Assembly (NCBI GenBank): GCA_963739455.1
Contig: CAVUAK010000001.1
Span: 2,464,001 to 2,528,000 of the forward strand
Direction of reading: 5' to 3'
From: an uncultured Gemmatimonadales bacterium
Lineage (GTDB): Bacteria; Gemmatimonadota; Gemmatimonadetes; Gemmatimonadales; GWC2-71-9
DNA length: 64,000 nucleotides
Part shown: in pieces, positions 11,550-21,418 of the stretch
Numbering within the stretch: the stretch's first letter is position 1
How the letters are laid out: each line of letters opens with the position of its first letter
Translations under genes and position numbers: made by a program
The notes under the pieces: generated by a model
What the model was told of the DNA's origin: nothing
Database searches by the model: none
What the model saw: only the letters and a program-made list of their open reading frames with translations

Positions 11550-12140
11550 ATGAGTCCGCGCCATGGCCGGCGTGTCCATGCGTTCTCCGCGGCCGTAGCC
11601 TCCCTCCTCGTGCTGGCCCCATCGGCGAGCGCCGCTCAGTCCTTCAACCTCGCCGCCGTCGTCGGCGCCATGCAGTACGATGCCGGCGGCGACGAGGCGT
11701 ACTTCACCCTCGGCATCCAGGCCCGCTACTTCGTAACCCCGGCATTTCGGATCGGAGTGATGGGAAGCACCTCGCACATCGGTGAGCTGCAACGGGACTG
11801 GATCGCCCCCGGCAGCGATGTGCGATTCTGGCGAATTGGAGTGATGGCGGAGTTCGCGGCCAAGCCCGGGAAGAAGGCCGCGGTCTCGGTGCGCGGCCTG
11901 CTGGGGGTCAATCATGTAAGCGGACTCACCTACCTGGGCCGGCCGCCGGAATTTCCCGAGGAATTCTGGGGAATCACAAACTCACCAACGGGCATCAGCT
12001 ACGGCGGCGGATTGGGACTGGAAGTCGGACCATTCTCGCAGGTCAGGTTCCTGCTGCAGGGCAATATTTGGATGGATAACGCGTACGGTGGGTCCGGCTT
12101 CGATCCTGAATTGCTCTTCGGCGTCGGCGTCGACCTGTAA
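11550..12140 (+). CDS. Putative outer-membrane beta-barrel protein
   Basis: Signal peptide (ASA), alternating beta-strands, terminal FGVGVDL. Confidence 0.65.
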   Translation: MSPRHGRRVHAFSAAVASLLVLAPSASAAQSFNLAAVVGAMQYDAGGDEAYFTLGIQARYFVTPAFRIGVMGSTSHIGELQRDWIAPGSDVRFWRIGVMAEFAAKPGKKAAVSVRGLLGVNHVSGLTYLGRPPEFPEEFWGITNSPTGISYGGGLGLEVGPFSQVRFLLQGNIWMDNAYGGSGFDPELLFGVGVDL

Positions 12141-12194
12141 CCTAACGCCTAACGCCTAACGCCTAACGCCTAACGCCTCACCCCTCACGCCTCC
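12137..12194. repeat. Heptamer tandem array (CCTAACG)n grading into CCTCACG/CCTCACC
   Basis: About five perfect units plus degenerate units, between convergent genes. Confidence 0.9.
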
Positions 12195-13138
12195 GCCCTT
12201 CGCCTCTCCCTCGCCGGAGCCGGCGTCTTCCACGGCAACGGCCGAACCCGCTCCGGCCAGAACTTCAATTCCGTTCCCGGCAACCCGAAGTGCTCGTCCG
12301 CCGCTGACAACAGCCGCCCCGGACGCGTCCGGATCGGTCCCTGCAGCACCTGACGCCGCACCGTCTTCGCCACATGCAGCGGTTGCTCGCCTGACGGATC
12401 CAGCCGCCGGGGCACCGGCGTCTCGCTCGACAGCAAGTCGACCATGTAATCGTAGGAGAGTCCCAGGTGCCGCTCCACATCCACATCCGTCAGCGACCAC
12501 CGGCTCCGACCCACCGCCGCCTTGAGCCCGCTCTGGAAGCCGCGCGTCTCGGCGAGGTGCACCAGTCCCTTGAACAGTCTCCGGTTCGTGCCCACGCTGA
12601 ACAGCGTCGGTGAGATGATCCGCGCCAGGTGCCCATCCGCCGCACTCGTGTCCATCTGGATCAGGTCCTTCGCCGCCCGCGCATACGCCTGGCCCAGGTG
12701 CGTCTCCACCCGGCTCTCCCAGTACGCATGCCCCACCGACGCGGTGCTCGCTGTCAGCACCAGCTGTCTCGGCACGAAGTAATTGTGTGCGACGGTATCC
12801 GCCGCGAGATGACACAGGTATCCCAGCCCGAACGCGCGCAGCGAATCATTCCGCGCCTCGTCGTGGATCTCCTGGCCCACATGCCAGTAGTGACAATGCC
12901 GCCCCACCGGCGCGTACTTCTTCGCGATGGAGGAGTCAGCCGCAATGTTGCCGTAGAGAAAATCGAAGGGAAAGGCGCGGAGCAGCTCGGCCGTGGCCGC
13001 CGGAAGGAGATGCAGGTTCGCGAGCAGTGATTCGCCGAGATACACATGCGTGCCCGGCGTCCACGCATGCGCCGATTCGGGGAAGCAGACCGCGACGAGC
13101 GCTACGACACCCAGTGCAAGGAGGATCCGGAGCTTCAC
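12185..13138 (-). CDS. Zinc-dependent phospholipase C family protein
   Basis: Signal peptide then W-TPGTH; GNIAAD; GYLCHLAADTVAH; HAYWE. Confidence 0.8.
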   Translation of the reverse strand: MKLRILLALGVVALVAVCFPESAHAWTPGTHVYLGESLLANLHLLPAATAELLRAFPFDFLYGNIAADSSIAKKYAPVGRHCHYWHVGQEIHDEARNDSLRAFGLGYLCHLAADTVAHNYFVPRQLVLTASTASVGHAYWESRVETHLGQAYARAAKDLIQMDTSAADGHLARIISPTLFSVGTNRRLFKGLVHLAETRGFQSGLKAAVGRSRWSLTDVDVERHLGLSYDYMVDLLSSETPVPRRLDPSGEQPLHVAKTVRRQVLQGPIRTRPGRLLSAADEHFGLPGTELKFWPERVRPLPWKTPAPARERRRAEA

Positions 13139-13597
13139 CTAGCGGCTCAGGAACCGGCGCACCGTGCGCAGGATCGGATTCTTCTTGAAGGTCCGCACCC
13201 CGGCCGCAACGTCGAGCGCCGTGTCGGCCACTTCCTCGTACACCACGTCGTACAGCGCCTCGATGTCCTGCAGCCGCTCCTGCACATGATCGGCGGCGTC
13301 GAGCACCTTCTCGCGCAGTTCCTCGCCCGTGCCGGCGAACGCCGCCACCTGCTCGTGCACCAGCGCCGTTACGCCGCGGATGTCCTTCGCACCCTTCCGC
13401 ACCGATTTCATCGTGCGCTGCAGGTCGTCCTGCACGCCCGCCATCTGCCCCCGCAGGTCTTTGAGCTGTTTGGAGACGGCCAGGCCGAGGACGGCAACCA
13501 CGAAGCCGATGATGGCGAAGGCGAAGGCAATGATGGCGAGCGAGATCGCCATGGTCGGCCCGACCCAGGCCGGCGTGTCCTGCACTTGAAGCAGCAT
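13139..13597 (-). CDS. DUF948-like membrane-anchored coiled-coil protein
   Basis: One N-terminal TM helix followed by an amphipathic helical region. Confidence 0.65.
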   Translation of the reverse strand: MLLQVQDTPAWVGPTMAISLAIIAFAFAIIGFVVAVLGLAVSKQLKDLRGQMAGVQDDLQRTMKSVRKGAKDIRGVTALVHEQVAAFAGTGEELREKVLDAADHVQERLQDIEALYDVVYEEVADTALDVAAGVRTFKKNPILRTVRRFLSR

Positions 13598-13677
13598 GAC
13601 TAAACATCGACACCGGGCGCTCAATCGCAAGTGCCGGCTGTGCTTGACGCCTTGGAACGCGCTTCTACTCTTCCCCC

Positions 13678-14961
13678 ATGCCACTTCGATACAAGGTCCG
13701 CGGCGGCCGCGCCCTCAAGGGCACCATCCGTCCAGCAGGTAACAAGAACGCCGCCCTCCCCATCCTCGCCGCCACGTTGCTCGCCGACGGGCCCTGCGAA
13801 CTCGAGAACGTGCCCCGCATCAAGGATGTGGAGAGCATGCTCGAGCTCCTGGTGCACCTCGGCGCCATGGTCGAGTGGGTGGGACCCAACGCCGTGCGCA
13901 TCGACACCAAGGGCGTCCAGGCCAAGCCGCTCGATCCGAAGCTCTGCGCCCGGATCCGCGCCTCGATCCTCCTGGCCGGCCCCATGCTCGCGCGCTTCGG
14001 GCGCGTCACGCTGCCGCCACCCGGCGGTGACGTCATCGGGCGACGTCGCGTCGATACCCACTTCCTCGCCCTCGAGCACCTGGGCGCCGAGGTGCGCGTG
14101 GGAGACGACTACACCGTCGAGGCCAAGGCGCTCATCGGCACTGACATCTTCCTCGACGAGCCCAGTGTCACCGGCACCGAGAACGCCCTCATGGCCGCAG
14201 TGGCTGCCAAGGGCCGCACCGTCCTCCGCAATGCCGCGGCCGAGCCCCACGTGCAGGACCTCGCCCTCTTCCTCAACGCCCTGGGCGCCAGTATCGAGGG
14301 CATCGGCTCCAACGTCTACACCATCGAGGGTGGCCGCACCCTCACCGGCGCGCGCTACGCCATCGGTCCCGATCACATCGAGATCGGCAGCTTCATCGGC
14401 CTCGCCGCCGTCACCAACGGCGACATCACCATCGAGGGCGTCCGCGGCGACGATCTCCGCGCCACCCTCCTCGGCTTCGAGCGGCTCGGCATTCGCCCTC
14501 GCCTGGATGGTCACACGCTCTATGTGGACCCCAATCAGGAGCGGCGCGTCCGCCCCGATCTCGGCGGGCACGTCCCCAAGCTCGAGGATGGCCCCTGGCC
14601 GGCGTTCCCCGCCGACACCATGTCCACCACCATCGTTGCCGCGACGCAGTGCGAGGGCATGCTCCTCGTCTTCGAGAAGATGTTCGAGTCCCGGCTCTTC
14701 TTTGTCGACAAGCTCATCGGCATGGGCGCCCGTATCGTCCTCTGCGATCCCCACCGCGCCGTCATCTCCGGGCCCTCGCCCCTCAAGGGCGGTACCGTCG
14801 AGTCCCCCGACATCCGCGCCGGCATGGCCATGGTCCTCGCCGCCCTCGCCGCCGAGGGCACCAGCACCATCCACAACGTTGGCCAGATCGAGCGCGGCTA
14901 CGAGAAGATCGACGAGCGCCTCAGGGCCCTGGGCGCCGACATCGAACGCCTGGACGACTGA
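13678..14961 (+). CDS. murA: UDP-N-acetylglucosamine 1-carboxyvinyltransferase
   Basis: GNKNAALP, RASIL, PGGDVIGRR (Asp at the catalytic Cys position), SVTGTEN, DIRAG, ERGYE. Confidence 0.96.
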   Translation: MPLRYKVRGGRALKGTIRPAGNKNAALPILAATLLADGPCELENVPRIKDVESMLELLVHLGAMVEWVGPNAVRIDTKGVQAKPLDPKLCARIRASILLAGPMLARFGRVTLPPPGGDVIGRRRVDTHFLALEHLGAEVRVGDDYTVEAKALIGTDIFLDEPSVTGTENALMAAVAAKGRTVLRNAAAEPHVQDLALFLNALGASIEGIGSNVYTIEGGRTLTGARYAIGPDHIEIGSFIGLAAVTNGDITIEGVRGDDLRATLLGFERLGIRPRLDGHTLYVDPNQERRVRPDLGGHVPKLEDGPWPAFPADTMSTTIVAATQCEGMLLVFEKMFESRLFFVDKLIGMGARIVLCDPHRAVISGPSPLKGGTVESPDIRAGMAMVLAALAAEGTSTIHNVGQIERGYEKIDERLRALGADIERLDD

Positions 14962-14987
14962 ACCCCGAACCCTGAACCCTGAACCCA
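14958..14987. repeat. Heptamer array (GAACCCT)n
   Basis: ctgaaccccgaaccctgaaccctgaaccc between murA and pgeF. Confidence 0.85.
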
Positions 14988-14994
14988 TAACTCC

Positions 14995-15750
14995 TTGACC
15001 ACCTCTATCCGGGAAACCCCCGTCCCCGGCGACGTCCCCCGCTTCGAAATCCCAACCTGGCGCCAGAAGTACGGCCTCGTCGCCGGCATAACCGGCCGGG
15101 GGACGGGTCCCGTGCCCTACGACCTCGGCCTCTGGTCCCAGCAGCCCGTCGGCGACGCCATGACCCGCTGGAAGGCCCTTCGCTCCGCGGAGGGCTGCCT
15201 CGGTGCCACTGCGCTAGGCCATCAGGTCCACGGTGACCGGGTCGTCTGGCACGACGTCGGCTTCGGCTGGACCATCCTCGACAACGTCGACGGCCACGCC
15301 ACCGACAAGTCCGGACTGATGCTCACTGTCACTGTCGCTGACTGCATACCTGTCTACCTCGCCGCGCCCCGCCACGGCGGCATCGCGCTCCTCCACGCTG
15401 GCTGGCGCGGCACCGCCGCCGGCATCCTCGAGCGCGGTGTGGAAATCTTGTCCAGTCGTGTGCGTTGTGAACCGTTCGACATGATAATGCATTGTGGCGT
15501 AGGCATTTCAGGCGACGAGTATGAAGTAGGTTCTGAGGTCATGGAAGGCCTCGGACTTCCCACAGAAGGGAGGGGCCCATGGCACGCTGACCTGAGGTCT
15601 GTTCTCGCCGAGCAGGGCCGCAAGTTCGGAATTACGGACATCACGGTTTCGGAATGGTGCAGCTCCCGCGATAACGACACCTTCTTCTCCCATCGCAAGT
15701 CCGGCGGCAAGGACGGGCGAATGGTGGCCTACTTGGGAGCCTTGCCCTGA
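14995..15750 (+). CDS. pgeF: YfiH/PgeF family (laccase-domain) protein
   Basis: HQVHG, ADCIPV, HAGWRG, FFSHR, GRM motifs. Confidence 0.9.
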   Translation: MTTSIRETPVPGDVPRFEIPTWRQKYGLVAGITGRGTGPVPYDLGLWSQQPVGDAMTRWKALRSAEGCLGATALGHQVHGDRVVWHDVGFGWTILDNVDGHATDKSGLMLTVTVADCIPVYLAAPRHGGIALLHAGWRGTAAGILERGVEILSSRVRCEPFDMIMHCGVGISGDEYEVGSEVMEGLGLPTEGRGPWHADLRSVLAEQGRKFGITDITVSEWCSSRDNDTFFSHRKSGGKDGRMVAYLGALP

Positions 15751-15785
15751 GGGACCGGGAGCGGCAACAATGGCGTCATGGACTC

Positions 15786-16709
15786 GTGGTGGCCATGCTC
15801 GCCTTCAGCGGCTGCACGTCGTCGACGGAATCCGTGGATCCGCGTGAGGCGCTCCTCGCCGCAGTGACGCCCGAGCTGGCTGCCGAGATCGACGTCGATG
15901 GGCGCTTCGTCCTGCCGGAGATCGTCGACACCAATCCGCACGTGAGCCGGGACGACGCCCGCGCTCTGGCTGTCTGGGCGAGTGCCACTCTCGCACCCCA
16001 GCTGCAGGCGTACCTGAACCAGACTGCGCACCGGACCGTGAGTCTCTCCAACCTCACCGTGTGTGGCCAGGTGTGGGCCGAACAGCCCAATGCGGTCATC
16101 CCGGTCACCGTGTTGCCGATCGCCCACTGGGTATGGGGGCCGCAGTGGATCGTCACGTTCTGCCGCGGTCGCACCCCCACGATCGCCATCTCGGTGGCGG
16201 CCTACGCCACCAATCTCTCCCTCGAGAATGCCCCGCTCGTCCTGGGAGCCCCACCGTTCGGCCCCCGCGGCGACGAGTTCCTCTTCCGGGGCCTTCCGCT
16301 CGATTGGCAGAGCGGGGTGTCGGTGACGCCGGAGACGGCGGCGATGCTCATCGCGAAGCAGACCGGCCGCCTGGTGGATCGGGTGCCGCGCTTGGTGGGG
16401 CCGCGCGCGCCACACGGCCTGCCATTTAGCGCCAAGTGGGCCGTGCATCTCGACCGGCCCGTCACCGTGCAGGGCACGGACACCGCGGCCACATGGGCCA
16501 CGGATGAGCTCTATATCGGGAACGAGTCCGTCATCTACGACACCGGCATCACGCGTGCTCTGATGGCGGCCGCTCCGGTGCAGTCCGCCACCGTGCCCAT
16601 TCAAATTCCCACGGCACCCTTCGACAGCATCCCCATCCCCACCACGGAGTACCTGCTGACGGCCCGGCCCGGCATGGCGCTTGAGATTGTTCCGGTCGTC
16701 GTGCCTTAA
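15786..16709 (+). CDS. Hypothetical lipoprotein
   Basis: Lipobox-like FSGC; 307 aa open frame. The start is uncertain. Confidence 0.6.
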   Translation: MVAMLAFSGCTSSTESVDPREALLAAVTPELAAEIDVDGRFVLPEIVDTNPHVSRDDARALAVWASATLAPQLQAYLNQTAHRTVSLSNLTVCGQVWAEQPNAVIPVTVLPIAHWVWGPQWIVTFCRGRTPTIAISVAAYATNLSLENAPLVLGAPPFGPRGDEFLFRGLPLDWQSGVSVTPETAAMLIAKQTGRLVDRVPRLVGPRAPHGLPFSAKWAVHLDRPVTVQGTDTAATWATDELYIGNESVIYDTGITRALMAAAPVQSATVPIQIPTAPFDSIPIPTTEYLLTARPGMALEIVPVVVP

Positions 16710-16778
16710 CCAGGCAGAGCGCCCCTGCTTCTCCGCCCTTGGCTTCACCGCCGTGGTTCCTCCGCTCCTGGCCGCCAT

Positions 16779-16971
16779 CCTTGCTCGCCCCGGTGTCGGG
16801 CTATGTTCAAATCTTGTTTTGGGAAGGGTTGTGTTGCCGGGAGTCGATATTGTTCGCCGACCGACGACGTGGGGGAGGTTCCCCCCCCCCCCCATTTTTT
16901 TTCTACTGCCCGAGGTGCATGGCCCCCGACTCCCTCCTCGATCTCGTGCGCGATCTCGTCGAGGGCGCCGG
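16779..16971 (+). repeat. Degenerate duplicate of the rimP promoter, leader and first ~18 codons
   Basis: 16825-16885 is identical over 61 nt to 19163-19223, and the flanks align. Confidence 0.9.
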
Positions 16972-17437
16972 TCGCCTACCTCGGCGCACTCCCATAGCCA
17001 CTGTGCGCGCTCGGGTCCTGCGCTCCGCTGCCCTGATTGCGCTGATGGGGCTCGGTGTCGGTTGCGGGAATGCTCAGAAGCCCCCTCGCAGTCCGGAGGC
17101 GCCAGCAGACACCATGGGGAATGTCTTGTTTGGGCTCGCCATGGAGCAGCTGACTTCGCCCCGCCCAGCCGCGGTCGAACAGGTCATCAATTGTGAGGTC
17201 ACCCGTCTGCGCCGGGTGCTGGGTCGGGATAGCTCACTGGGGGTAATCCACGGGGTGGACAGGCGTGTGAAGTCTCGGTCCACCAGTGCCCAGAGGGAGC
17301 GCGTCCTCGACTCACTCGCCCTGAAGCAGTTTGTTCGAGGACAGGGCTGCGATACCCTGGCGGTGCAGGGCCGCCTGGGTGGTCCGTTCCCCGCCGACCT
17401 CATTCCCCAGCGTCTCCCCGGCGACACGCTCTGGTAG
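16919..17437 (+). CDS. Hypothetical protein with a RimP-derived N-terminus and an internal lipobox-like segment
   Basis: MAPDSLLDLVRDLVEGAG compared with RimP MTPDQLLALVQPLVEGAG, then unrelated sequence containing LIALMGLGVGC. Confidence 0.55.
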   Translation: MAPDSLLDLVRDLVEGAGRLPRRTPIATVRARVLRSAALIALMGLGVGCGNAQKPPRSPEAPADTMGNVLFGLAMEQLTSPRPAAVEQVINCEVTRLRRVLGRDSSLGVIHGVDRRVKSRSTSAQRERVLDSLALKQFVRGQGCDTLAVQGRLGGPFPADLIPQRLPGDTLW

Positions 17438-17497
17438 GGAAGTGAGACCTGCGAGGCCGCCTGGTGGGGATGGCGTCGATGGGACCCCCTCCGGTTC

Positions 17498-18928
17498 CTA
17501 GACCTCTTCCGTAACGATCTCCAGTTTTCCCGCCCTCGCCGCCTTCATCAGCGTCGCGTGGTCCGCTTCCGTCTGGTCCGCGTAGAGGAAGGAGAAATCG
17601 GCGACCGCCTCATCGAAGACGTCGCTCTTGCCCAGGTAGCCCGAGATGACCGCGGGCTCGCCCGACCTGGCGTGGGCTCGGGCCAGGCTCCAGGCGCAGA
17701 CCTCGGCGTACTGCGCCATGACCCCTGGCGTGAACAGCTCGACTTGCGCGCTCATTTTCAGGTCCCGGAGCTGGCGCACATAGAAGTGCCGCCCGGCCCT
17801 CCCCGTCGTCCACCCCAGAAAAATGTCGCTGGCCGACTGCATGAGCCGGATCCCGTTCACCACGCGCTGGCCCCGGTTGCCGAAGGTGCTGGCGCCCGCA
17901 TACGGCTCCAGCACCGAGGTGCGCGCCTCCTTCACCTGGAGGAACAGCGGATCCGCCTCGCTGGCCATCAACAGGATGACGGCGCACGTCGTCCCCACGC
18001 TTCCGACGCCGACCACCTTGATCGCGACGTCCTTGAGGTCGAAGCGGTCCAGCAGCACCCGGCGATCCTCCTGCATCGACTCGCGATACTCGGCGTAGGC
18101 GTTCCTGGCGCGTGCCAGCATGTCGTCGCGGGCTTCGTCCCCGGGATGGTAGATCAGTGGTGGATTGTCCCTGATCCGGGGCTCTCCTCCCGACAGCGCC
18201 GCCAGCTTGGGGAAGTTATGCTCCAGCGTACTCCGCTCTCGCGCCCTGGCCAGCGCCTTCTTGGAGCGCTGGCGCGCTTCCCTGTCCTGGATCTTCTCCT
18301 GGAGTAGCTCGAGATCGACACTCGCGTACCACACGTCGAGGGTCTGCATCTCGCTGAATTCCGCGATGCGCTCGCGATACGACCGGACACAGGCCAGGGC
18401 AGCGTCGCGTGCATCGTCCTCGCTGAATCCGTTGCTGCGGCTCGCAACGACGATACTCGCGGCCAGTCGCTTCACGTCCCATTCCCAGGGGGCTGGGAGT
18501 GTCTCGTCCAGGTCGTTGATGTCGAAGACGGCACGTCGCTCCGGGGTGGCAAAAGCGCCGAAATTGCACAGGTGAGCGTCGCCGCACGCCTGAACCCGGA
18601 TGCCGGTGAACGGAGTTTCGGCGAGGTCGGCCGCCATGTTGAGCGCGGCGCCACGATAGAAGGTGAACGGAGAACGGAGCATCCGTCCGTGCCGGATGGG
18701 GACCAGTTCGGGGATGCGTCCTTCGTCGGATGTCTCCATCAGCTCTACGGCATCCCGGCGGTGCGCCGGGGGCGTCCAGTCCGCATGCGAGCGGCGCGGG
18801 CACTTGTCCCTCAGGGCCTTGCCCGCCTCGAGGTGCTCCGCCCGGGTGGGCCCCGGCCCGTATCGCACCGGCGCTGCGGCGCCTGGGCCGTTCGCCCCGT
18901 CCCGCCCTGACTTACCGTTCTTAGCCAC
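17498..18928 (-). CDS. DUF2252 domain protein
   Basis: PIRHGRM-SPFTFYRG, CGDAHL-NFG, FDINDLDET-PAPWEWDVKRL, KVVGVGSVG, FYVRQLRD. Confidence 0.9.
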   Translation of the reverse strand: MAKNGKSGRDGANGPGAAAPVRYGPGPTRAEHLEAGKALRDKCPRRSHADWTPPAHRRDAVELMETSDEGRIPELVPIRHGRMLRSPFTFYRGAALNMAADLAETPFTGIRVQACGDAHLCNFGAFATPERRAVFDINDLDETLPAPWEWDVKRLAASIVVASRSNGFSEDDARDAALACVRSYRERIAEFSEMQTLDVWYASVDLELLQEKIQDREARQRSKKALARARERSTLEHNFPKLAALSGGEPRIRDNPPLIYHPGDEARDDMLARARNAYAEYRESMQEDRRVLLDRFDLKDVAIKVVGVGSVGTTCAVILLMASEADPLFLQVKEARTSVLEPYAGASTFGNRGQRVVNGIRLMQSASDIFLGWTTGRAGRHFYVRQLRDLKMSAQVELFTPGVMAQYAEVCAWSLARAHARSGEPAVISGYLGKSDVFDEAVADFSFLYADQTEADHATLMKAARAGKLEIVTEEV

Positions 18929-19063
18929 AGGACTTTCCTCCGTGGAGACGGCGGCTACAGTAACCCCCGCAACACAGGCGGGTAAGAATGGCGCCAATGC
19001 CACGGTCCGGGCTTCGGAGGAGCCGCCCCACTGGTCGCGCCCGCGGACGGAGCCGCCCGCTGT

Positions 19064-19102
19064 CGCAGTTCCTCCTTACGCTGTCGCAGTTCCTCCTCAC
19101 GC
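19064..19102. repeat. 21-bp-period tandem duplication
   Basis: cgctgtcgcagttcctcct(t/c)a occurs twice from about 19058. A related motif is near 33410-33432. Confidence 0.6.
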
Positions 19103-19116
19103 TCTACCGCCCCGCC

Positions 19117-19145
19117 TTGCTCCCCCCCGTCTCACGGGCTATCTT
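19117..19145 (+). promoter_or_regulatory. Sigma70-type promoter of the rimP-nusA-infB operon
   Basis: TTGCTC-N17-TATCTT. Confidence 0.65.
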
Positions 19146-19204
19146 CAAGTCCTGTTGTGGGTAGGGTTGTGTTGCCGGGAGTCGATATTGTTCGCCGACC
19201 GACG

Positions 19205-19234
19205 ACGTGGGGGAGGTTCCCCCACGTTTTTTTT
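19205..19234 (+). terminator. rimP leader attenuator hairpin
   Basis: ACGTGGGGGA-GGT-TCCCCCACGT followed by a T-run just upstream of rimP. Matches the known GUGGG...CCCAC rimP leader. Confidence 0.8.
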
Positions 19235-19251
19235 CGACTCGCCGGAGACGC

Positions 19252-19743
19252 ATGACCCCCGATCAGCTCCTCGCGCTCGTGCAGCCGCTGGTGGAAGGGG
19301 CAGGGTTCGAGCTCGTTGACCTGCGCCGTACGGGCGAAGCGGCCCGACCGGTCCTCAGTATCCGCGCCGACCGGCCTGATTCGACGCCCGGGCACGGCAT
19401 CTCCACTGAAGAATGTGCTCGCCTCAGCCGCGCCATCGAGGCAGCGCTGGAGACCGCCGAAGCAGTCGGGCCGCGCTATACGCTCGAGGTCTCGTCACCC
19501 GGCGTCGAACGCCCGGTCCGTTTTCCCGGGCACTGGCGACGCTACATCGGTCGCCGCGTCACGCTCCATGTGGCGCGCATGAAGGGCCGGCCCACCGCCG
19601 AGATTCTCGCAGTACCGGCGGATGACACCGTGACCGTGCGCCTCGACACCGGCGACGAAGTCACCCTCCGGCTGGATGACATCAGGAGCGCCACGCTCGT
19701 CTATGACTGGCCGGCGCCCCAGCCCAGGAAGAAGAATCGCTAG
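19252..19743 (+). CDS. rimP: Ribosome maturation factor RimP
   Basis: GFELVD, ECARLSR, YTLEVSSPGVERP; precedes nusA. Confidence 0.93.
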   Translation: MTPDQLLALVQPLVEGAGFELVDLRRTGEAARPVLSIRADRPDSTPGHGISTEECARLSRAIEAALETAEAVGPRYTLEVSSPGVERPVRFPGHWRRYIGRRVTLHVARMKGRPTAEILAVPADDTVTVRLDTGDEVTLRLDDIRSATLVYDWPAPQPRKKNR

Positions 19744-19785
19744 CAGCGCGCCAGGCGCGCCGCCACGACATTGGAGATGAAGACA

Positions 19786-21105
19786 ATGGCTGGTTCACCC
19801 GAAGTCCTTGCCGCCTTCCGCGAGCTCACCGCCGCCAAGCAGCTCGATCGCGCGGAGCTGCTCGACATGTTGCGCGACGGAATCCAGGCCGCACTCATCC
19901 GCCGCTATGGCCCGAACGTCAAGTTCGAGCTCAGCGTCGACGAGCTGCAGGGCTCCATTCGCATCGTCCGCCTCCGTCAGGTGGTGGAAACGGTCGAGGA
20001 CGCCTCCTGGCAGATCCCGCTGGAAGAGGCCCGCTACGAGGACGAGGACTTCCAGGTCGGCGACATGCTCGAGGAAGACGTCCCCTTCGAGGCCTTCGGT
20101 CGTCTCGCCGTGCAGGCCGCGAAGCAGCGCATCATCCAGCGCGTCCGCGAGGGCGAGCGCATGCGCATCCGCGACGAGTTCGCCAGCAAGGTCGGCGACC
20201 TCCTGTCGGGCGAAGTCCAGCAGATCGAGCGCGGCAAGCTCGTCATCATGCTCAACAAGTTCCGCGAGGCGGAAGCCATCATCCCGTATCGCGAGCAGAA
20301 TCACCGCGAGCACTTCCATCAGGGCGACACCATTCGCGCCGTGCTGAAGCGCCTCGAGGAGACGCCCAAGGGACCGCGACTCATCCTGTCCCGTGGCGAT
20401 CCGCTCTTCGTGAAGGCGCTCTTCAAGCTCGAGGTGCCTGAGGTCCAGCAGGGCGTCGTCGAAATTCGCGCCATTGCCCGCGAAGTCGGCAGCCGCACCA
20501 AGGTCGCCGTCGTCTCCCGTGACGACGCCATCGATCCCGTCGGCGCCTGCGTCGGCCTCAAGGGCTCGCGCGTGCAGTCCGTCGTCAATGAGCTCGGCGG
20601 TGAGCGCATCGATATCGTGCCCTGGTCGCCCGATCCCGAGCGCTTCGCCCGTCTCGCCCTGGCACCGGCGCGCGTCGCCAAGGTCTTTGCGGTACCCGAG
20701 GCCAAGACCATCCAGGCCGTCGTCGACGAGGATCAGCTTTCCCTCGCCATCGGTCGCAATGGCCAGAACGTGCGCCTCGCGTCCGAGCTGACCGGCTGGA
20801 AAATCGATCTCTACTCCAGCCGCGAGTGGCTGGAGCGTGGTGGTGAGGGCCCGCTGTTCGCCCCGCTGCCGCCCGAAGATGAAGCCGCCACCAAGGTGCC
20901 GCTCACCGAGCTCAAGGGCCTCTCGCCCGATCTCGTCACGGTACTCGGAGCGGCGGGCTACAACACGCTGAGCGACGTCCTGGACCTCGAGCAGGAAGAG
21001 GCCAGCAAGCTCACCGGCATGACGCCCGAGCTCACTGAAATGCTGATGGGCTTCCTCCAGGAGCTCACCGCTGAAGAGAGCGTGGACGAGGCGCCCTCGG
21101 CGTGA
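19786..21105 (+). CDS. nusA: Transcription termination factor NusA
   Basis: FGRLAVQAAKQ, DPVGACVG, QLSLAIGRNGQNVRLASELTGWKID. Confidence 0.97.
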   Translation: MAGSPEVLAAFRELTAAKQLDRAELLDMLRDGIQAALIRRYGPNVKFELSVDELQGSIRIVRLRQVVETVEDASWQIPLEEARYEDEDFQVGDMLEEDVPFEAFGRLAVQAAKQRIIQRVREGERMRIRDEFASKVGDLLSGEVQQIERGKLVIMLNKFREAEAIIPYREQNHREHFHQGDTIRAVLKRLEETPKGPRLILSRGDPLFVKALFKLEVPEVQQGVVEIRAIAREVGSRTKVAVVSRDDAIDPVGACVGLKGSRVQSVVNELGGERIDIVPWSPDPERFARLALAPARVAKVFAVPEAKTIQAVVDEDQLSLAIGRNGQNVRLASELTGWKIDLYSSREWLERGGEGPLFAPLPPEDEAATKVPLTELKGLSPDLVTVLGAAGYNTLSDVLDLEQEEASKLTGMTPELTEMLMGFLQELTAEESVDEAPSA

Positions 21106-21407
21106 CCCCGCTCCTGGGCCTCCTCGGCCTGGGGCGTCGGGCGGGGAATCTGATCGTCGGCGTGGACGCGGTGCGTTCCGCCATCAAGGCGGGCAAGTGT
21201 TATCTCGTCGTCATGGCGAGCGACGCCGGCCCGAGGGCAGAGGAAAAGGTCACGCGGTTGGCTCGTGGTAAGAACCTTCCGGTGATCGTGGGACCCGTGG
21301 CCGACGAGATCGGCAGGGCGCTGGGCCGGCCGCCCGTACAGGCGGTGGGTGTAAGTGATCGCGCGTTGGCCAGCGGCGTAATGAACGCCGGGTCGGCGGG
21401 CCAGTAA
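21102..21407 (+). CDS. L7Ae/L30e family protein (YlxQ-like)
   Basis: LLGLGRRAGNLIVG, ASDAG, IGRALG; lies between nusA and infB. Confidence 0.85.
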   Translation: MTPLLGLLGLGRRAGNLIVGVDAVRSAIKAGKCYLVVMASDAGPRAEEKVTRLARGKNLPVIVGPVADEIGRALGRPPVQAVGVSDRALASGVMNAGSAGQ

Positions 21408-21418
21408 TGGAGGAGTGA

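Noticed and set aside
16881..16893. Phase-variable poly-C tract
   Set aside because: It is non-coding, lies in a decayed duplicate, and homopolymer length is unreliable in this assembly.
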